A stretch of DNA of 64,000 nt from Octopus vulgaris (GCA_951406725.2 OX597828.1:70556001-70620000); one strand, 5' to 3'; shown: positions 28,551-43,555, counted from the stretch's first letter. Translations and numbers: made by a program. The notes: generated from the sequence alone by a model not told the origin.

Positions 28551-29469
28551 ATGTGTGTGTCTGTATGTGTGTGTGTGTGGTGGGGTCTAGTGTATACAAG
28601 TGTTGTGTTTGTGCATTTAGTCAAACGCGAGTGTGGTTTTGAGAGACTTTTATGGTCTTCGTCATCATCCTGTGTTTCACTTCTCTCTTATCTTTGCATC
28701 TGCTTTTAATCTTCGCTCTCCTCTTGTTCTCTTCTCACAATCAACTGCACAACCAACATTCTCCAGAATTTTTATTATACTTTGAACGTCTACTTAACGT
28801 ATGCAAGGCCCATGTTTTTTTTTTGTTTTTTGTTTTTTCTATCTTTTACTTATCTATTTCGAGCATGTTGTGTTCTGTCGCGGATTTCATTCGTCTGAGG
28901 AAGGTTATCTTCCTTTTATGAAAGCCTGGTTGCTTTGTTTGATTTTCATTTTATTCGTTTCTTTTATGATTTGTCTATTTCTGTTTTGAGAGTATTTTTA
29001 TTTGTTATAAATTTCTGTAAATTCGTTCGTTCGTTTGTATTTATATTTTCTCCTTCTTTTTTTCAGGTTATCTTTTTCATTTACAATTCCCCTTTTTTAC
29101 GGTAGTACTGGGAGTTGAATATGGATGTGGCCTGATCGTTTTTCGAAAATACTGAACACTCAACCTCTTGGATAGTTTCATTTCTTAAAGAGCGTCAGTG
29201 ATGGAGGACACGGCGGCCATATTATTGAGCGGAAAGAGGAAACAACGGAAATGTCAAATTTCATGGTCACTAAGTCATGTGATGCATGAGCTACCGGAAG
29301 GAGAGGCCCGGTTTCGAATGGTGATTACGAGAAGTTCAAATCTTGACTTACATTAGACTAAGATTATGGTGAGAGAAGAGGGTCGCGCAGGATGACCAGT
29401 CTGACTCCTGTCCGCCTGACACCTGAAGGTATAACAAGGATGCAGTGGGGTGACCAAGACGATCAGGGT

Positions 29470-29572
29470 GGTAAAGTCGACCTTGGCGAAATTTGAACTC
29501 AGAACGTAGCGGCAGACGAAATACTGCTAAGCATTTCGTCCGGCGTGCTAACCATTCTGCCAGCTCACCTGC
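29470..29572 (-). mobile_element. SINE family A head
   Basis: aaagtcgaccttggcgaaatttgaactcagaacg...ttctgccagctc. Confidence 0.75.
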
Positions 29573-29681
29573 TTTGATTCGATTTGTAATGCTTGTGCCC
29601 TTCACTTATATCTTCGCTGTTTGCGCAAGTTTTGTTATTTAAACAATAATGACATTTAAGACACAAAAGCGTCGTTATTAC

Positions 29682-29750
<69 letters not shown>

Positions 29751-29814
29751 CATCATCATCATCATTATTATCATCATCATCATCATCATTATCTTTATCA
29801 TTATTATTTATGGG

Positions 29815-30017
29815 TTTTTCTTCTTACAAATTTGCTTCCATTTCTTGCCGAGTGTCTTCCCGACTCCTAGGGCAAAGAAACTCATAGTATACATTGGTAG
29901 GCCATTAAACTAAACTCACTAGTTGATTCATTTGTTTGTTTTTTTTGTTTTTTTTTATAGAAATAAAGTTAAATTAAAATACATGGGTAGTAATAGTTCT
30001 CACATCGACAATGCTCT
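29815..30017 (-). mobile_element. 3' end of an R4/Dong-like LINE (same subfamily as 57300-57835) in (TAA)n
   Basis: ccgagtgtcttcccgactcctagggcaaa...cattggtaggc matches 57335-57391; (TTA)n on both sides. Confidence 0.7.
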
Positions 30018-30028
30018 AATTATTATTA

Positions 30029-30095
<67 letters not shown>

Positions 30096-30575
30096 TATCA
30101 TCATCATCATCATCATCAACAGCAGCAGCAGCAGCAGCAGCATCATTATTATTGTTGTTGTGATCATTATTACCATTGTTGTTGTTGTTGTTGTTGTTAT
30201 AGCAATTATTGTTATTATCAGTCACTGTATTACGATTCCGTCTGTCTTCTGCTTCTCCCATGCTGCCCTCGGCACCGTCCACCGCGTCCCTGTGTGCCTC
30301 GGGGGCGTGCAATGTCTTGCTTCGCTTTTCTTGCTTATGTTTATTTTATTTTCTAAACTATTAAAAAAAAATATATTCTACGTAATATGGGAGTGCAGTG
30401 CCTTGTGGTGTTGCTTCCTCTAGGCTGTGTGCAATTGTAACTCCCCAGGTTTTGGGGTGTGGATGTATTTGCGTAGTTTCTTTCTTTTTTCATATAATTT
30501 TTCTTTATTTTACTTCATTTTTATTGTTATTATTATTATTATTACTATTATTATTAATATTATTATTATTATCAT

Positions 30576-30607
<32 letters not shown>

Positions 30608-30617
30608 ATTATTAATA

Positions 30618-30653
<36 letters not shown>

Positions 30654-30704
30654 TATATCATTATTATTATTATTATTATTAATTATTATTATTATTATTA
30701 ATTA

Positions 30705-30758
<54 letters not shown>

Positions 30759-30853
30759 ATTTCAGTAGTTTCATGCGACTTTCTACTGCACCAGCAGATG
30801 TACCTCTGTGCTCCATAGCTGTATGCGTGTGAATGTGTGTGTGTGTGTGTATG

Positions 30854-30892
<39 letters not shown>

Positions 30893-31180
30893 CATTGTAT
30901 TTTTGGTGATGTAAAACAGTTCCTCTATATTAGATTATTTCCCCCCATTTTTTATTGTGAGGTTTGTTTCGCTGTTTCCAGTGTTATTTTCATGTTTCAT
31001 CTGTTGTGCAACGCCCGTGCAATGGAAGCCGTGTCCTACGATGTGAGAGGGAACGTGTCAAACATTTGTTGTACGATTCTTCTTTGATAACTGAAGTATT
31101 AATGAAGAATGGTAGCACTGATTCTGTGCGGTTTGTGGTATGTTGAAATGGCTGGTCAGAGTATGGCAGACGTGTTTTGT

Positions 31181-31556
31181 GGGCGCAGACGTTGCTGCAT
31201 GGCAAGAGGTTTGCTTCCCAACCACATGGTTCCGGGTTCAGTTCTACTGTGTGTCTTCTACTTTAACCTCGGGCTGAACAAAGCCTTGTGAGTAGATTTG
31301 CTGTATGGAAATTGAAAGAAGCCCATCGTGTGAGTGTGTGTGTGTGTGTTTGTATATTTTTATCTGTTTGTATCCCACTATCGCTTAAAATCGGTGTTTG
31401 TGTGTTTACGTCCCCGTAGCTTGGCGGTTCAGCAAAAGAATCCGATAAAGTCTCATCCTGTAAAAAAAAGCACTAGATTTGATTCATTCGAGTAAAACAT
31501 TCTTCAAGGCGGTCCTCCAGCATGGCCGCAGTCTAATGACTAAAACAAATAAAAGA
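31181..31556 (+). mobile_element. SINE family B
   Basis: Head, ccgggttcag, internal (GT)n and tail ggcggtcctccagcatggccgcagtc. Confidence 0.8.
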
Positions 31557-32079
31557 TAGAATATGATTCTTGTGATTTATTGGTGTTATTGTACCGGGTA
31601 TCGATTATATACGAATATATATGATTGCATTATTTTATTGAGTGCTCTTTGACTTGGAGTGAGGGTTCGACTTGGAAGTTCAGAAGTTTTAAAGGGAGCG
31701 TGGATTTACCCCTTAGTTACACATAGTCCGGATTGCTAGCACCTGTCAAGGGCTCCAAATCACGGGTCAAAAATCAGAAAATTCTTTGGATAAGATATAT
31801 GGTACTTGGAAGAGGGGATGGTCCCTAGGCATGTGTCACACGGGCTCACCAATGTGTAGACATGCCTTGAGATCATGTAAACCGGCCGCATGCCACTTCG
31901 AAGTGTTAAAAGGAGCCTGAGTCTCAAGAATTAGCTCTAGAGAACCGGAGAACAACAGAATAAACTATAAATAAACGGGTAGAAGGCAACAGGAAACTAT
32001 TACCGTGCTTTTCCTAAGAAGAATCAAGAGTCTTCAGGCTTTTGGAAGGAGGAAGTCCCTAATCCCCGAAACCTATAGG

Positions 32080-32245
32080 CAGGGGCGTAGCTAGGGTAAA
32101 TAGTGCCCAGGGCAAACATCAAAATTGCGTCCCCACCCCAACCAAAAAGTGGCTTGATTAGAAAATGATCTTAGCCAAAATTGCGCCCCCTCAATGTGAC
32201 GCCCAGAGCATGTGTCCTGTTTGCCCCACCCTAGCTACACTCCTG
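32080..32245. mobile_element. hAT-type MITE
   Basis: TIRs caggggcgtagctagggt / accctagctacactcctg; 8-bp TSD cctatagg (32072-32079) / cttatagg (32246-32253). Confidence 0.85.
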
Positions 32246-32293
32246 CTTATAGGCAGGGAACCTGAAGAAAGATCTACAGAATAAGTGGTGTAT

Positions 32294-32457
32294 ACATTAT
32301 TTACATTATTTACATTCGACGGATATATGTTTGTTGTTAACACAACATTTCGGCTGATATACCCTCCAGCCTTCATCAGGTGTCTTGGGGAAATTTCGAA
32401 CCTGGGTAAATAATGTAAATAATGTACATAATTCCTCATCTCTTAAATATAGAACTG
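32294..32457 (-). mobile_element. 164-bp Penelope-like insertion with hammerhead, internal inverted repeat and 12-bp TSD
   Basis: Flanking direct repeat taagtggtgtat (32282-32293, 32458-32469); 21-bp IR at 32293-32313 / 32406-32426; hammerhead inside. Confidence 0.75.
32339..32384 (-). ncRNA. Minimal type I hammerhead ribozyme motif
   Basis: Minus strand: gacac-CTGATGA-a-ggctg gagggtatat cagcc-GAAA-tg-TT-gtgtt; helix I gacac/gtgtt; 5-bp helix II; loopless helix III (probably an acgt palindrome altered by CpG decay). Confidence 0.75.
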
Positions 32458-32717
32458 TAAGTGGTGTATGTTGGTTAGGTTGTGGTGTTTGGTGACGATT
32501 CTGCAGAGTTTGTGTTGCGTGCGGTCTGTTGTTTTATCGGGTGGCTTGTGTTGTGTGCAAATAATCTACAGTTTCAGTTGCACCATGAACAATAACATTG
32601 CACATTCACTTGACATCTTATAAAGAAATTAACTGATAACAGAACTGTTTTAATGCGTTTGTGTGGCCAGCCATGTTGGTTTTGAAAACTCGATTCGCGA
32701 CACCAACACCAACGGCA

Positions 32718-32915
32718 GTGGAGGTGCAATGGCCCAATGGTTAGGGCAGCGAACTCGGGGTCGGAGGATCGCGATTTCGATTCCCAGACCGGGCGTTGTG
32801 TGTGTTTATTGAGCGAAAACACCTAAAGCTCTACGAGGCTCCGGCAGGGGGTGGTGGTGACGACCCCTGTTGTACTCTTTCTCTCCAACTTTCTCTCACT
32901 CTTTCTTCCTGTTTC
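32718..32915 (+). mobile_element. SINE family C variant (tRNA-Arg-like head)
   Basis: tggcccaatggttagggcagcg...ttcgattccc; matches the head of 57839-58168 (reverse complement). Confidence 0.8.
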
Positions 32916-33706
32916 TTGTCCCCGACTTCCTACGTAACCGCTGAGCCTGGATGCGCATTCATCTATCCGTCGATGCTCTCGGTGTCGGGGGTTGACCTGC
33001 TTTCTCTTCTGCAGGTCTTACGAATAGCAAAGGACCACGTTTCGGACTTCTCCCATCTTGCGAGCTCTGGGACGAAGACCGTTCGCTCAGCAGCAACACC
33101 AACGGCAACGATATTGCTTTCAAACACAAGGCCTACATTTTCGGGGGCGGGAACTGCTCAAATAGTATTCATTTTATCGATTCCGATTGAATGGAAGGCT
33201 AAGTCGACCTCTGCAGAATCTGAACTCGGAAAGTAGTTTTGGAAGAAATGCCGCCATGCACTTTGTCCGGGGCGATAACGATTTCGACGGCTGTCCGCCT
33301 TACCAACAACAACAACAACATTTACAACAATTGCATTGACTACAATACACAGACAAAAACATCGCCGAACGAGAAACGCCGACACAAGGACGGCAATTTT
33401 GCCCAAAATTGCCGCCAAAATCGAATATGAACAATGTATATTCCCAAATAAAGGTGTGCCATTCTTTGTGTCTCCAGTATTAGAGAAGCCAATAATGAAC
33501 AGGTAAAATATGTTGGCAGTTTATTCCGTGAAAAATGGGTTTTATTGCTCATTTTCCTTTCTTTCTTTTCCTGTTTTCTTTTTTTTTTCTTTTTTTTGTG
33601 TAGCTAAAGATTGTTCGACGTCTCGCCACTGCAGATAGGGCTTATTGATACACGACTGAAAGGTGGGATCCCGTGTATCGGAATTCGACGGAAGAGTCCC
33701 TTAATA

Positions 33707-33820
<114 letters not shown>

Positions 33821-34629
33821 GTATATATGTATGTATGCGTAAATACACGTGTGCGTACGTGCGAGCCAGCACTCCGTGCTCTGAGCGCGATGCTCCTTAT
33901 AGCAGAAACGGTCGTAACTTCCGACCTTTTGTCATACACACACACACACACACACAATATAGGTAGATATACAGACAGACAGATAGATATATATACATGC
34001 ATGCACACATACATACATACTCAAACACGCACATATATATATATATACATATACTTATGAATACATACATATATAAGTATTTCTTTTATATGTATATATA
34101 TATACATTTATATATGTGTATGTGTATGTATGTATATATATATATATAAATATGTATGTATGTATATATGTGTATATATATGTATGTATTTATGCATGTA
34201 TGTATATATATGTACACACATACACACACGCACACGCACACATACGCACCTTTTATATAAAGAGAGGGGGAGAGGGATTATTTGATGTGAATAGTTGTTT
34301 ATGGTGTTAAGAGTTAAGATAATTCATGAGAAATTTGTTTTAAGTGAGATTATTTCCCAAAGTGAAAATATTTTGTTTGAAATCAATCTCGGATAAAAGA
34401 AACCTATTGTAAACAAAAAGAAAAGTGTTTTGTAAAATATGTGTGAATGTCACATTTGGAGTGGAGTACATTAGTTTGTTTGGGTGTGTCTCTAAGTACT
34501 GAGACCGGTGAAAGCTAACCTCGATTACCTTACAAAATGTTGGGGTGTCTGAAGTATTAGGATGAACAATGAGAAAAACTCACTAAAAAAACTTTCTGGG
34601 TTTTTTTTATCGTTAGAGAAGGGAAGAGT

Positions 34630-34780
34630 GGAGTCGCGTGGCCTAGTGGTTAAAGCGCCGGACTCAAGACGGTAAGCTCGTAATTTCGTTTTCCGGACAG
34701 GACGTTTTGTTCTTGAGCGAAACACTTCATTTCACGTTATTCTAATTCGCTAGCTGTAAAAAGGTGACCTGACGACGAAC
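34630..34780 (+). mobile_element. SINE family C, diverged 5' part
   Basis: gtggcctagtggttaaagcgccggactc...cttgagcgaaacactt. Confidence 0.65.
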
Positions 34781-36070
34781 CGGTGTTGCGTTCAGGAAGA
34801 ATGTTTGGATTTCGCTCATTTATACGCAATAAAAACTGTGCCTATGAGTCCTAGGACTCGAAGACAGAAGACACACACACAGGGAGGTAGAAGGGACAGT
34901 ACTGCTCATTAGAATTTCCAGGGCCTACATCAATAGTCGAGGTCATTCGGGACAGATTTCCTTGGAACGAGAGTCTGGTCTGGATGCTTAAAACTGGACA
35001 TGTGTTGGTGTTAAACATGGCGACGGGTTAGATTCTTCCACCCAGGCGGTTTGTTCTTTCTATCATTTCTAACGCTGCCTTGACGGTCTCTGCTCTTCTC
35101 TTCCTCTTCCGAACTACCAAGTTGTTCATCACATCCACCGAGGGACCCCCCCCCCATGCATACGCCCGCCCCATTTCTAACTCTTAACGCATGTCGTCCA
35201 TCATATTCTATCTCAATCCCATAGTCTTCCGGAATTTGTTCCCTACTCACGGATATTTGTTTTTCCACAGCCGTCAACCCACAAGGATCCATGATACATA
35301 TCATAAAACCACCTCATCCTCATCAATCCAGTGGATAGAGATGGTACTGAGCTCCATAGGTGTTAATAAGGGTAGGATTTTTGTAAAGGACATACATATA
35401 GAAATGGTGGCACTTGTGAGGTCGCTTAGTGAAATTTTATATATTTCCGTCCACGGGTCTCTCTTAATCAAACTGACGCTATTTCAGTCAAAAAGTTTCA
35501 GTCAAACACAGCAGTTAACTCACCGAAACTATGGTTGTCTCACTCAAACTGGGAAATATCTCAGCCAGAAGAGTGTCTACGATTGCGATGGAATTACTGC
35601 AGCCATTTTGAGAGTTCGAAACAGAACGTCAAAATGTGAATTCTTTCAGTGAATTCTCTCAGAATGTTTTAGGTTAGCAGACAATATCTCCACATAACTG
35701 GGTGTCTCCTAATCAGCGGTGATGGTCACTGAGGTCATCGAGAATACTGAAGCTAGGGGAAAGTAATCAGTCGTTTAATCATGTTTATTCTGAAGTGTCA
35801 CAGCTTCCCACCCGACCTCCCTCCCCGAATCACGCAAGCTCCTCGCACATTCCTTTCACCCACACCCTCACCCTCACCCCAGCCCTCTATTTCTCTCTAC
35901 GCGCGCACACACACATACACACATACACATGTATACACACATGCACATAAACACTCGTTCAAACAATACATCATCAGCAAACAGACCAAATTGACGTCTG
36001 AGAATCGCTAATGGTTTAAACACACCTACAGGGAATATAACATTATACATACATATATCTATATCTGTCT

Positions 36071-36107
<37 letters not shown>

Positions 36108-36181
36108 AACATACATATATATATATATATTACATATAGATATGCATATATATGTAATATATACATATATATAGAGATTGC

Positions 36182-36264
<83 letters not shown>

Positions 36265-36276
36265 CTTATTTATATA

Positions 36277-36338
<62 letters not shown>

Positions 36339-37707
36339 CAAATATGCATATATATATATGCATATATATGTAATATATACATATATATATATAGACTGCA
36401 CATATATATGTATACATACGTATATTTAATACACATACATAGACATACATACATATATATATATGTATGTATTATGCGTGTATGTATGTATGTATGTATG
36501 TATCTGTTGCTATCGTTTTTGTTTGTTGTTTGCTACAAAAACAAAGCAGTTCTCAGTATAACTTTGTGCTAAAAGTGTGCATTGTCTGATGTGTTTATTT
36601 CTGCGTGAGATAAACAACGATTAAATTCGAGATCGCCATCAATTGCACAAACGGCTCCGTTCACTTTACGCTTGCTTGCAATAACTTTACATCGCAGCTC
36701 TTTAATGGCACTAGACATGTTTTTCGTGCAGCTGTTACTTACTTGTATATTGTTGTTGTTGAATAACTAGTGCAATTTTTAGTCGTTCGGAAACTATTTT
36801 CTGATTAAACAACCGAAATATTTTGCTAGCTATAAGTTTTACACCTGTATCGTAAAAGTTTTTCTCTCTCTAATGAAAGAATATTTCTTGAAGGCAATAT
36901 TTCACAATCTGTTTGACGAAAATAACATAAAGGTCAGATAGAGTTGCATGAAAAACATGCTATGTGTCAGTAAGAGACATAGTGTGAAGATACTACAGAC
37001 AGCAGAAAAGCATACGGAGCTGATGAGCATTTCGTGAACTTTAGGACTTTAGCTTCTTTAAGGACAAATGATTATAGAATATGGTAAAACAGGTTGGTAT
37101 CGCCATTGACAGGCATTAACGACCTATATTGATAAGGCTCAGGGCCCGCTTTTAAATGTTGACTGCACCAGCAGAACAACTTAACCTATTAACGCCATCT
37201 AGTAATACACTTTCAAAGCATGTTTGGAAATAAAAAGACGGAAGGGAAACTACCCAGCTTGCACTGGTTGCATTAGATAAGGTACAATAATTTCGGAACA
37301 AATAAATGGAATAGGAAGAAAATGAAGGTCTCATAGTGAAATCAATGACATTCGTTTACTTACGAAATCTTGGATAGAGAGAGTGAAATAATAGCGACAT
37401 ACCAAAATATACCGAAATTCTGTATTAATAAACGAAATTTCGCTGATGTACGACAGATAACATCAAATTCCGCTGATATTCACTGCTTACACTTGTAACT
37501 GTTGCGCGTATGGTTTGCAGTGCTAACGGCCCATCTAGATTTCTTCTCTGAAACTTCTTGGCATTTACGGATGACCGAGAGATCGAACGAAGCCGTGAAC
37601 CGGGTGTGTGTGAGTGTGTGTGTGTGCGCGCGCGCGCGTGCGTAGACATTTATAGACATATAAGAATATATGTATACATACATATATATATATATATATA
37701 TACATAC

Positions 37708-37865
37708 ATTTTGGCTGCCCCCTTGTTATCGAGTATGGCCATTGCACGAAGCTTAACTGTTACTGGTGCTGTGATCGAATGTGACTTTTTAGCCCAGCTA
37801 AAGATATACAATGTCTTGTACAGAATTGGCAACTAAGACCTTTACTGGTAATAGCCGGCTGTAGT
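37708..37865 (-). mobile_element. 3' end of an RTE-clade LINE
   Basis: CQFCTRHCISLAGLKSHIRSQH C2H2-like C-terminal motif, then the short 3' UTR ggccatactcgataacaaggggcagcc. Confidence 0.7.
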
Positions 37866-37936
37866 ATATATACACATACATATATACACATACATGTATA
37901 TATACACATGCATACATACACACATACATACATAAA

Positions 37937-37972
<36 letters not shown>

Positions 37973-38021
37973 TATGTAGATCACCATTATTCTTCTCTGC
38001 GTCTTCTTCATAATCATAATC

Positions 38022-38052
<31 letters not shown>

Positions 38053-38221
38053 CCATCATCTGACTGAGCTGGCTCGGTTCTGCCCTCGTGGATTATACCA
38101 TCCTCGACTGTTCCAGAGCACTGCCCCCGGCAGGTAAGCAAAATAACAAACCGTGACGGTACCCAGGTGATCAAGGAAGGCTTTTACTGCAAAGTGGTTT
38201 GGTCAAACCTCTGTGAAAATA

Positions 38222-38331
<110 letters not shown>

Positions 38332-38645
38332 AAAAGCAAGAGTAGCTGCAGCGATCGTAACAGCAACAACAACAAACATAACAACAACTGCAACAGCAAC
38401 GACAACAACAACATGCAAAATAAAAATGTAGGTCAAAACAGTATTGTTATATGTTGTTGAGATGTTTAGTAGCATCACCGCCACCACCACCACCACCATC
38501 ATCATCACATTCAATATCATCATCATCATCGTCCATCATCACTACCACCACCTAGAGTATCATCACAATTATCTTCAACACCGCTATCGTCCTCATCATC
38601 ATCATCGTCATCGTCATCATCATCATCATCATCATCATCGGCGTC

Positions 38646-38678
<33 letters not shown>

Positions 38679-38918
38679 GTCATCATCATCATCATCATCG
38701 TCGTTGTCATCATCGTCATCATCATCATCATCGTCGTCGTCATCATCATCATCATCATCATCTGTTGTTTTTCTAATCTCTTTCATTCTCCAATACACAG
38801 CACTCTCTACATACAGACACACAACTGTATGCACATGTGTGTGTGTGTATGTATGTAAGCATATAGGTATATACATACGTGCATGTATCTACACATACAC
38901 ACACACGTATATACATAC

Positions 38919-39116
<198 letters not shown>

Positions 39117-39710
39117 TATACATACATATACACACATACGCACGCGCATTCATATATATATATATCCTAAGTATCGAAAAATGAGAAGCATATATGTGTG
39201 TGTGTGTGTGCGTGAGTGTGTATACATGTTTGTGTGTGTGTGTGTGAGCGTTATTTATTTTTCTAAGTATTATTGCTTTTCAACATGGCTTAATTGGTAA
39301 AATAGCGAAATGGAATGAAAGCTCAAGATGTCGCTATGATTGGCAAGTTTAGCGGTGGCGGCGGCGGCGGTGGTGATGGTGGTGGTGGTGGTGGTGGTGG
39401 TGGTGGTGGTGGTGGTAGTGGTGGTGGTGGTGGTGGTGGTGTCGGCGGTGGCGGCGGCGGTGGCGGCGGCGGTGATGGTGGTGGCGACGGCGGCGGCGGT
39501 TGTGGTGGCAAGCTTTCCACTCCACCTTTCCGCCACCCGTTTATATAACCGTGTGAAGCGAACCATCGGGATGGGGGTTGCATTTTACGTCGTTGTTCGA
39601 CCCGCTAGAAATAAGAGCAGAATCTCTCTCAAATTATGTTATACCGCCTTATGTACAGGATGCATAGATTGAGTATACGATTTTGTCTCTCTCCCTCTTT
39701 CAATATGCAC

Positions 39711-39745
<35 letters not shown>

Positions 39746-39746
<1 letters not shown>

Positions 39747-40757
39747 TCCTCTAATGAAGCTTGTGCATCAGCATGATAAAGTAAAGAAGCTATACTCGGT
39801 ATACAAAGAATCTGTAGAGTTTCAGAAACAACTGATGACGGAGGAACCAGGATGAAGGCGAGTGAGAAAGTAACCCAGTTTGCTAAGAGAGTTAAGGAAG
39901 AGATGAAGAAAAACAAGCCCAGAAGAAGAGCAAAGAAGAATGGCTAGAAAAACCAATGCATGGCCGATACCCATGTAGAGTGAACAAACCAGACGTAGAA
40001 AAAGGAGACACTCATGCATGGATGAAGAGCTCAGGACTGAAGGCTGAAACCGAAGGTTTTATCATAGCAGCATAAGATCAAAGCTTGGCAACCTGGGCTT
40101 ACTACAACAAAATATTGAACGATGGCACAGACCCGAAATGCAGAAAATGTCATGAGCAGGATGAAACAGTGGACCACATCTTAACTGAATGCACAGCGCT
40201 TGCAAAATCCGAATATATTCATAGACACGAGAGAGTAGCGCAATATATCCATTCGAAGATCTGTAAACACTACCAGCTTCCAACTTCAGAAAGATGGTAC
40301 CAGCATAAACCTGAAACTTGACCGGAAATTATGATGTAACAGTACTCTGGGACATACCAGTCAACATCGATAAAGAAATAAAGGCAAACAGGCCGGACAT
40401 AATCATCAAAGTTCGAAAAAATAAGAAATGCTTAATGATAGATGTGACAGTACCATCAGAGAGAAATGTGTCCATTAAAGAAGTTGAGAAGTTATTTAAA
40501 TAGAAAAACCTAGAAATAGAAGTGACCAAGATGTGGGGAATGAAAAGCAGCGCAGCACCAGGGGTAGTTGGAGCATTAGGGCTAATTAAAAAGGGCTTTT
40601 TGCAGTGTTAACGTGGGAGAACTTCAGAAAATATTGTTGCTAGGTTCCGCACACATTTTACGCCGTGTACTCTCCATGAGATGAGGACCTGCTGTGACCC
40701 TAGGGTCAAGAGATGGCCTCGATTCAGCAGAAGACAACGGACCATATTTTGTTTTAA
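39746..40757 (+). mobile_element. 5'-truncated R4/Dong-like non-LTR retrotransposon (CCHC finger plus restriction-like endonuclease) in (TAA)n
   Basis: GLKAETEGFIIAA; CRKCHEQDETVDHILTEC; YIHRH; LWDIPVNIDKEIKANRPDIII...LMIDVTVP...KEVEKL; stops and frameshifts; (TAA)n at 39712-39745 and 40758-40968. Confidence 0.9.
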
Positions 40758-40968
<211 letters not shown>

Positions 40969-41244
40969 CATTTCTACTAAAGGCACAATCACCGAAACTT
41001 TGGGGAAAGAGATGAATCGATTACATCGGGAAAGTAAAAATCGATTAAAATCCATGAAAGCAGTGCCCCAGCATGGCCGCAGTCCAATGACTGAAACAAT
41101 TAAAAGCTAAACAATAAAGATGCTATTATCTGCGTTCCCAAGACAGAAGCCTTCATAAACATTCATAAAAAGAGTATAGCAAACCCAAACGCGAGACCTT
41201 ATAAGGTATGTCTTTGTAAGCTTGAAATTGTAGTGGAGGGACAC

Positions 41245-41385
41245 AATCGATTACATCGACCCCAGTGTTTCACTGGTACTTAATTTATCAACCCCGAAAG
41301 GATGAAAGGTAAAGTCGACCTCGGCGGAATTTGAACTCAGAACGTAAAGCCGGACGAAATGACGCGAAGCATTTCGCTCAGCGTG
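41245..41385 (-). mobile_element. SINE family A
   Basis: aatcgattacatcgaccccag...ggatgaaaggtaaagtcgacctcggcggaatttgaactc. Confidence 0.8.
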
Positions 41386-41836
41386 AATTATTTTAGGAAT
41401 AATGTGCGATTTTCAGAATCTGTTTTATTTTCTAGATTATTCTTTAACTTATTTTGAATAAAATGAAATATTTTGATATTTCAGAAGAGTTTAATAACAG
41501 TTTTTTTCGGCTTTACGCTTAGCTTCGCATCTTTCCTCTCAGAGTTTATTTGTAACAAGAATATATGAACGAGATCATTGCTAAGAAGGAAAATACCACC
41601 TCTGTTTCTCTTTCTCTTTCCTTCTCTCTCCTTGTTTCTCTCTCTCTCTCTGTCATTCTTTCTATCTTTTTCTTTCTGTCTCTCTCTTTCTCTGCTATCG
41701 AGCCACCGTATTTTTTACCCTCAGCCTGCAAAGATTAACTTACTTCTGCTTGGAGACGAGACAGAACTATTCTCCATTTACAGGCACATCCAGCTACAAA
41801 CCTATTTGTATATATATATATATATATATATATACA

Positions 41837-42045
41837 TTCAAAATGTGACCGCGTGTGTACCGTTGGCGATTTTTTTCCTCTGTCTTCCCTTCTCTGGATC
41901 TTTCCTTTTCCTATGTTTCCGACGAAGAGCTCCGCTTGAAACGTTAACCCCTCCTTCTTTCCTTCTTTCCTGAGCGTCCAATAATACTATATTTGTTCCA
42001 CGTCCTCGCGTTGTTGTGTTTTTTTGTGCTTTCATGTTTGGATTA

Positions 42046-42050
<5 letters not shown>
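41837..42050 (+). mobile_element. Short Penelope-like unit in (TA)n with hammerhead-like motif (41915-41949)
   Basis: gttt-CCGACGA-a-gagc tcc gctt-GAAA-cg-TT-aacc; palindromic aacgtt helix III; (TA)n on both sides. Confidence 0.6.
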
Positions 42051-42088
<38 letters not shown>

Positions 42089-42666
42089 GTGTGCGTGCGT
42101 GTATGTGTGTTGTGTGTGTGTTGTGTGTATATGTCTTTATACGCCGCATACATATATGTATGTATGTATATATGAGCGCTGCTCTCTATCACGCATTTCG
42201 AGTGCGATAGCGTGTGTTGCAGAGCAGAGAAGAGATAGGAAGGTAACATCATCGTCGATAAGGTCACAGGCTGTGACACGCAAGTTAATTAATGAATTTT
42301 ATAATCAACTAAGTAATTATCACATTAATTAACGATAAAACTGATGTGAACTACGACCAGTGCGTGTATTTCGATTGGTACGATGTTCCTCCCTAAATAC
42401 AACAATAATTCATCTACTTTATGTTGTAAGGTTCATTGTTAGTCGAACGGCATTGGTTAAGTAACAACACAATATGTCTGTGTGCAAGTAACGCGGTCAC
42501 GTAGACAAAGAGGAAGTAGTTTGGGACGAGAAAGACACAATTCGGGAAAGTTTTCATGAAATACTTTATTACGAAGGTAAAAAATCTTTCGACCAATGAT
42601 TAATTATCAAATCTTTCTGCTCCACAAAATGATTCTTTTCATGATGCTGGCTAATGAGTGTGTATG

Positions 42667-42827
<161 letters not shown>

Positions 42828-43555
42828 CGTGCAAGCAAGTTAGGCAGACGACAAGGAGGGAGCGGAGTATAAAATATCACGTATGGGCAAGTGTGGGCGA
42901 GTGTATGTCGCCATGTTGAATGTTTAACCTCGGGCTAAGATCACAAAATGGCGACGGTTTTCCCCAACGGGAACAATAGAGGCTAAAATAAGAGTGAGAA
43001 GAGACACGAAAGAAAGTCGTCTCAGCGATATTATTAATAGTAGAGAGACGGATAGGGAGAAAGACAGAGGGACTGAGAGAGAGGAGGGAGAGAAAGAGAT
43101 ATTATTGTGAATATTTGCCTGTTTTCTATTGAGTAATCACATAATAAGATGACTAGACATGAGCAGAATTTGTCTGCAGCAGTGGGACATAGCACTTCAG
43201 ACTGTGTATATATATGTATATGTATATACTTAAGGGAGCGTGTATATATATAAAAGATTGTGAATAAATGTGTATGTATGTATGTATGTATGTATTCATA
43301 TATATGTGTATGTGTGTATGTATATATATATATATATACATGTACATACATACACACATATATATACATATACATACATATATATATACATATATATATA
43401 TATACATACACATATATATATACATACATATATACATACATATATATATGTATGTTTGTATGTATGTATATATGGACAATCACTACGGTAGTTGACTTGC
43501 TGTGAGAGCCATTTCACAAGTGTGTGTATATGACATATTGTCATATGACAATATG

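Noticed and set aside
29270-29325. Minus-strand GAAA-ccgg…ccgg-TA (type II hammerhead?)
   Set aside because: No convincing CUGANGA core or helix II.
32718-32795. tRNA-like sequence (also at the heads of other SINEs)
   Set aside because: It continues into a SINE body and lacks a proper acceptor stem and terminator, so it is a SINE head rather than a tRNA gene.
33604-33662. Strong polypyrimidine/AG acceptor as exon 2 of the 22459 candidate
   Set aside because: Stops occur within 15 codons in all frames; could only be non-coding or terminal.
33885-33925. CTGAgcgcGA-tgct…agca-GAAA-cggtcg-TA
   Set aside because: The core has a 3-nt insertion and helix I does not pair.
38060-38140. Open frame ending at a CAG|GTAAGC donor
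   Set aside because: No recognisable peptide or clear acceptor; expected by chance.
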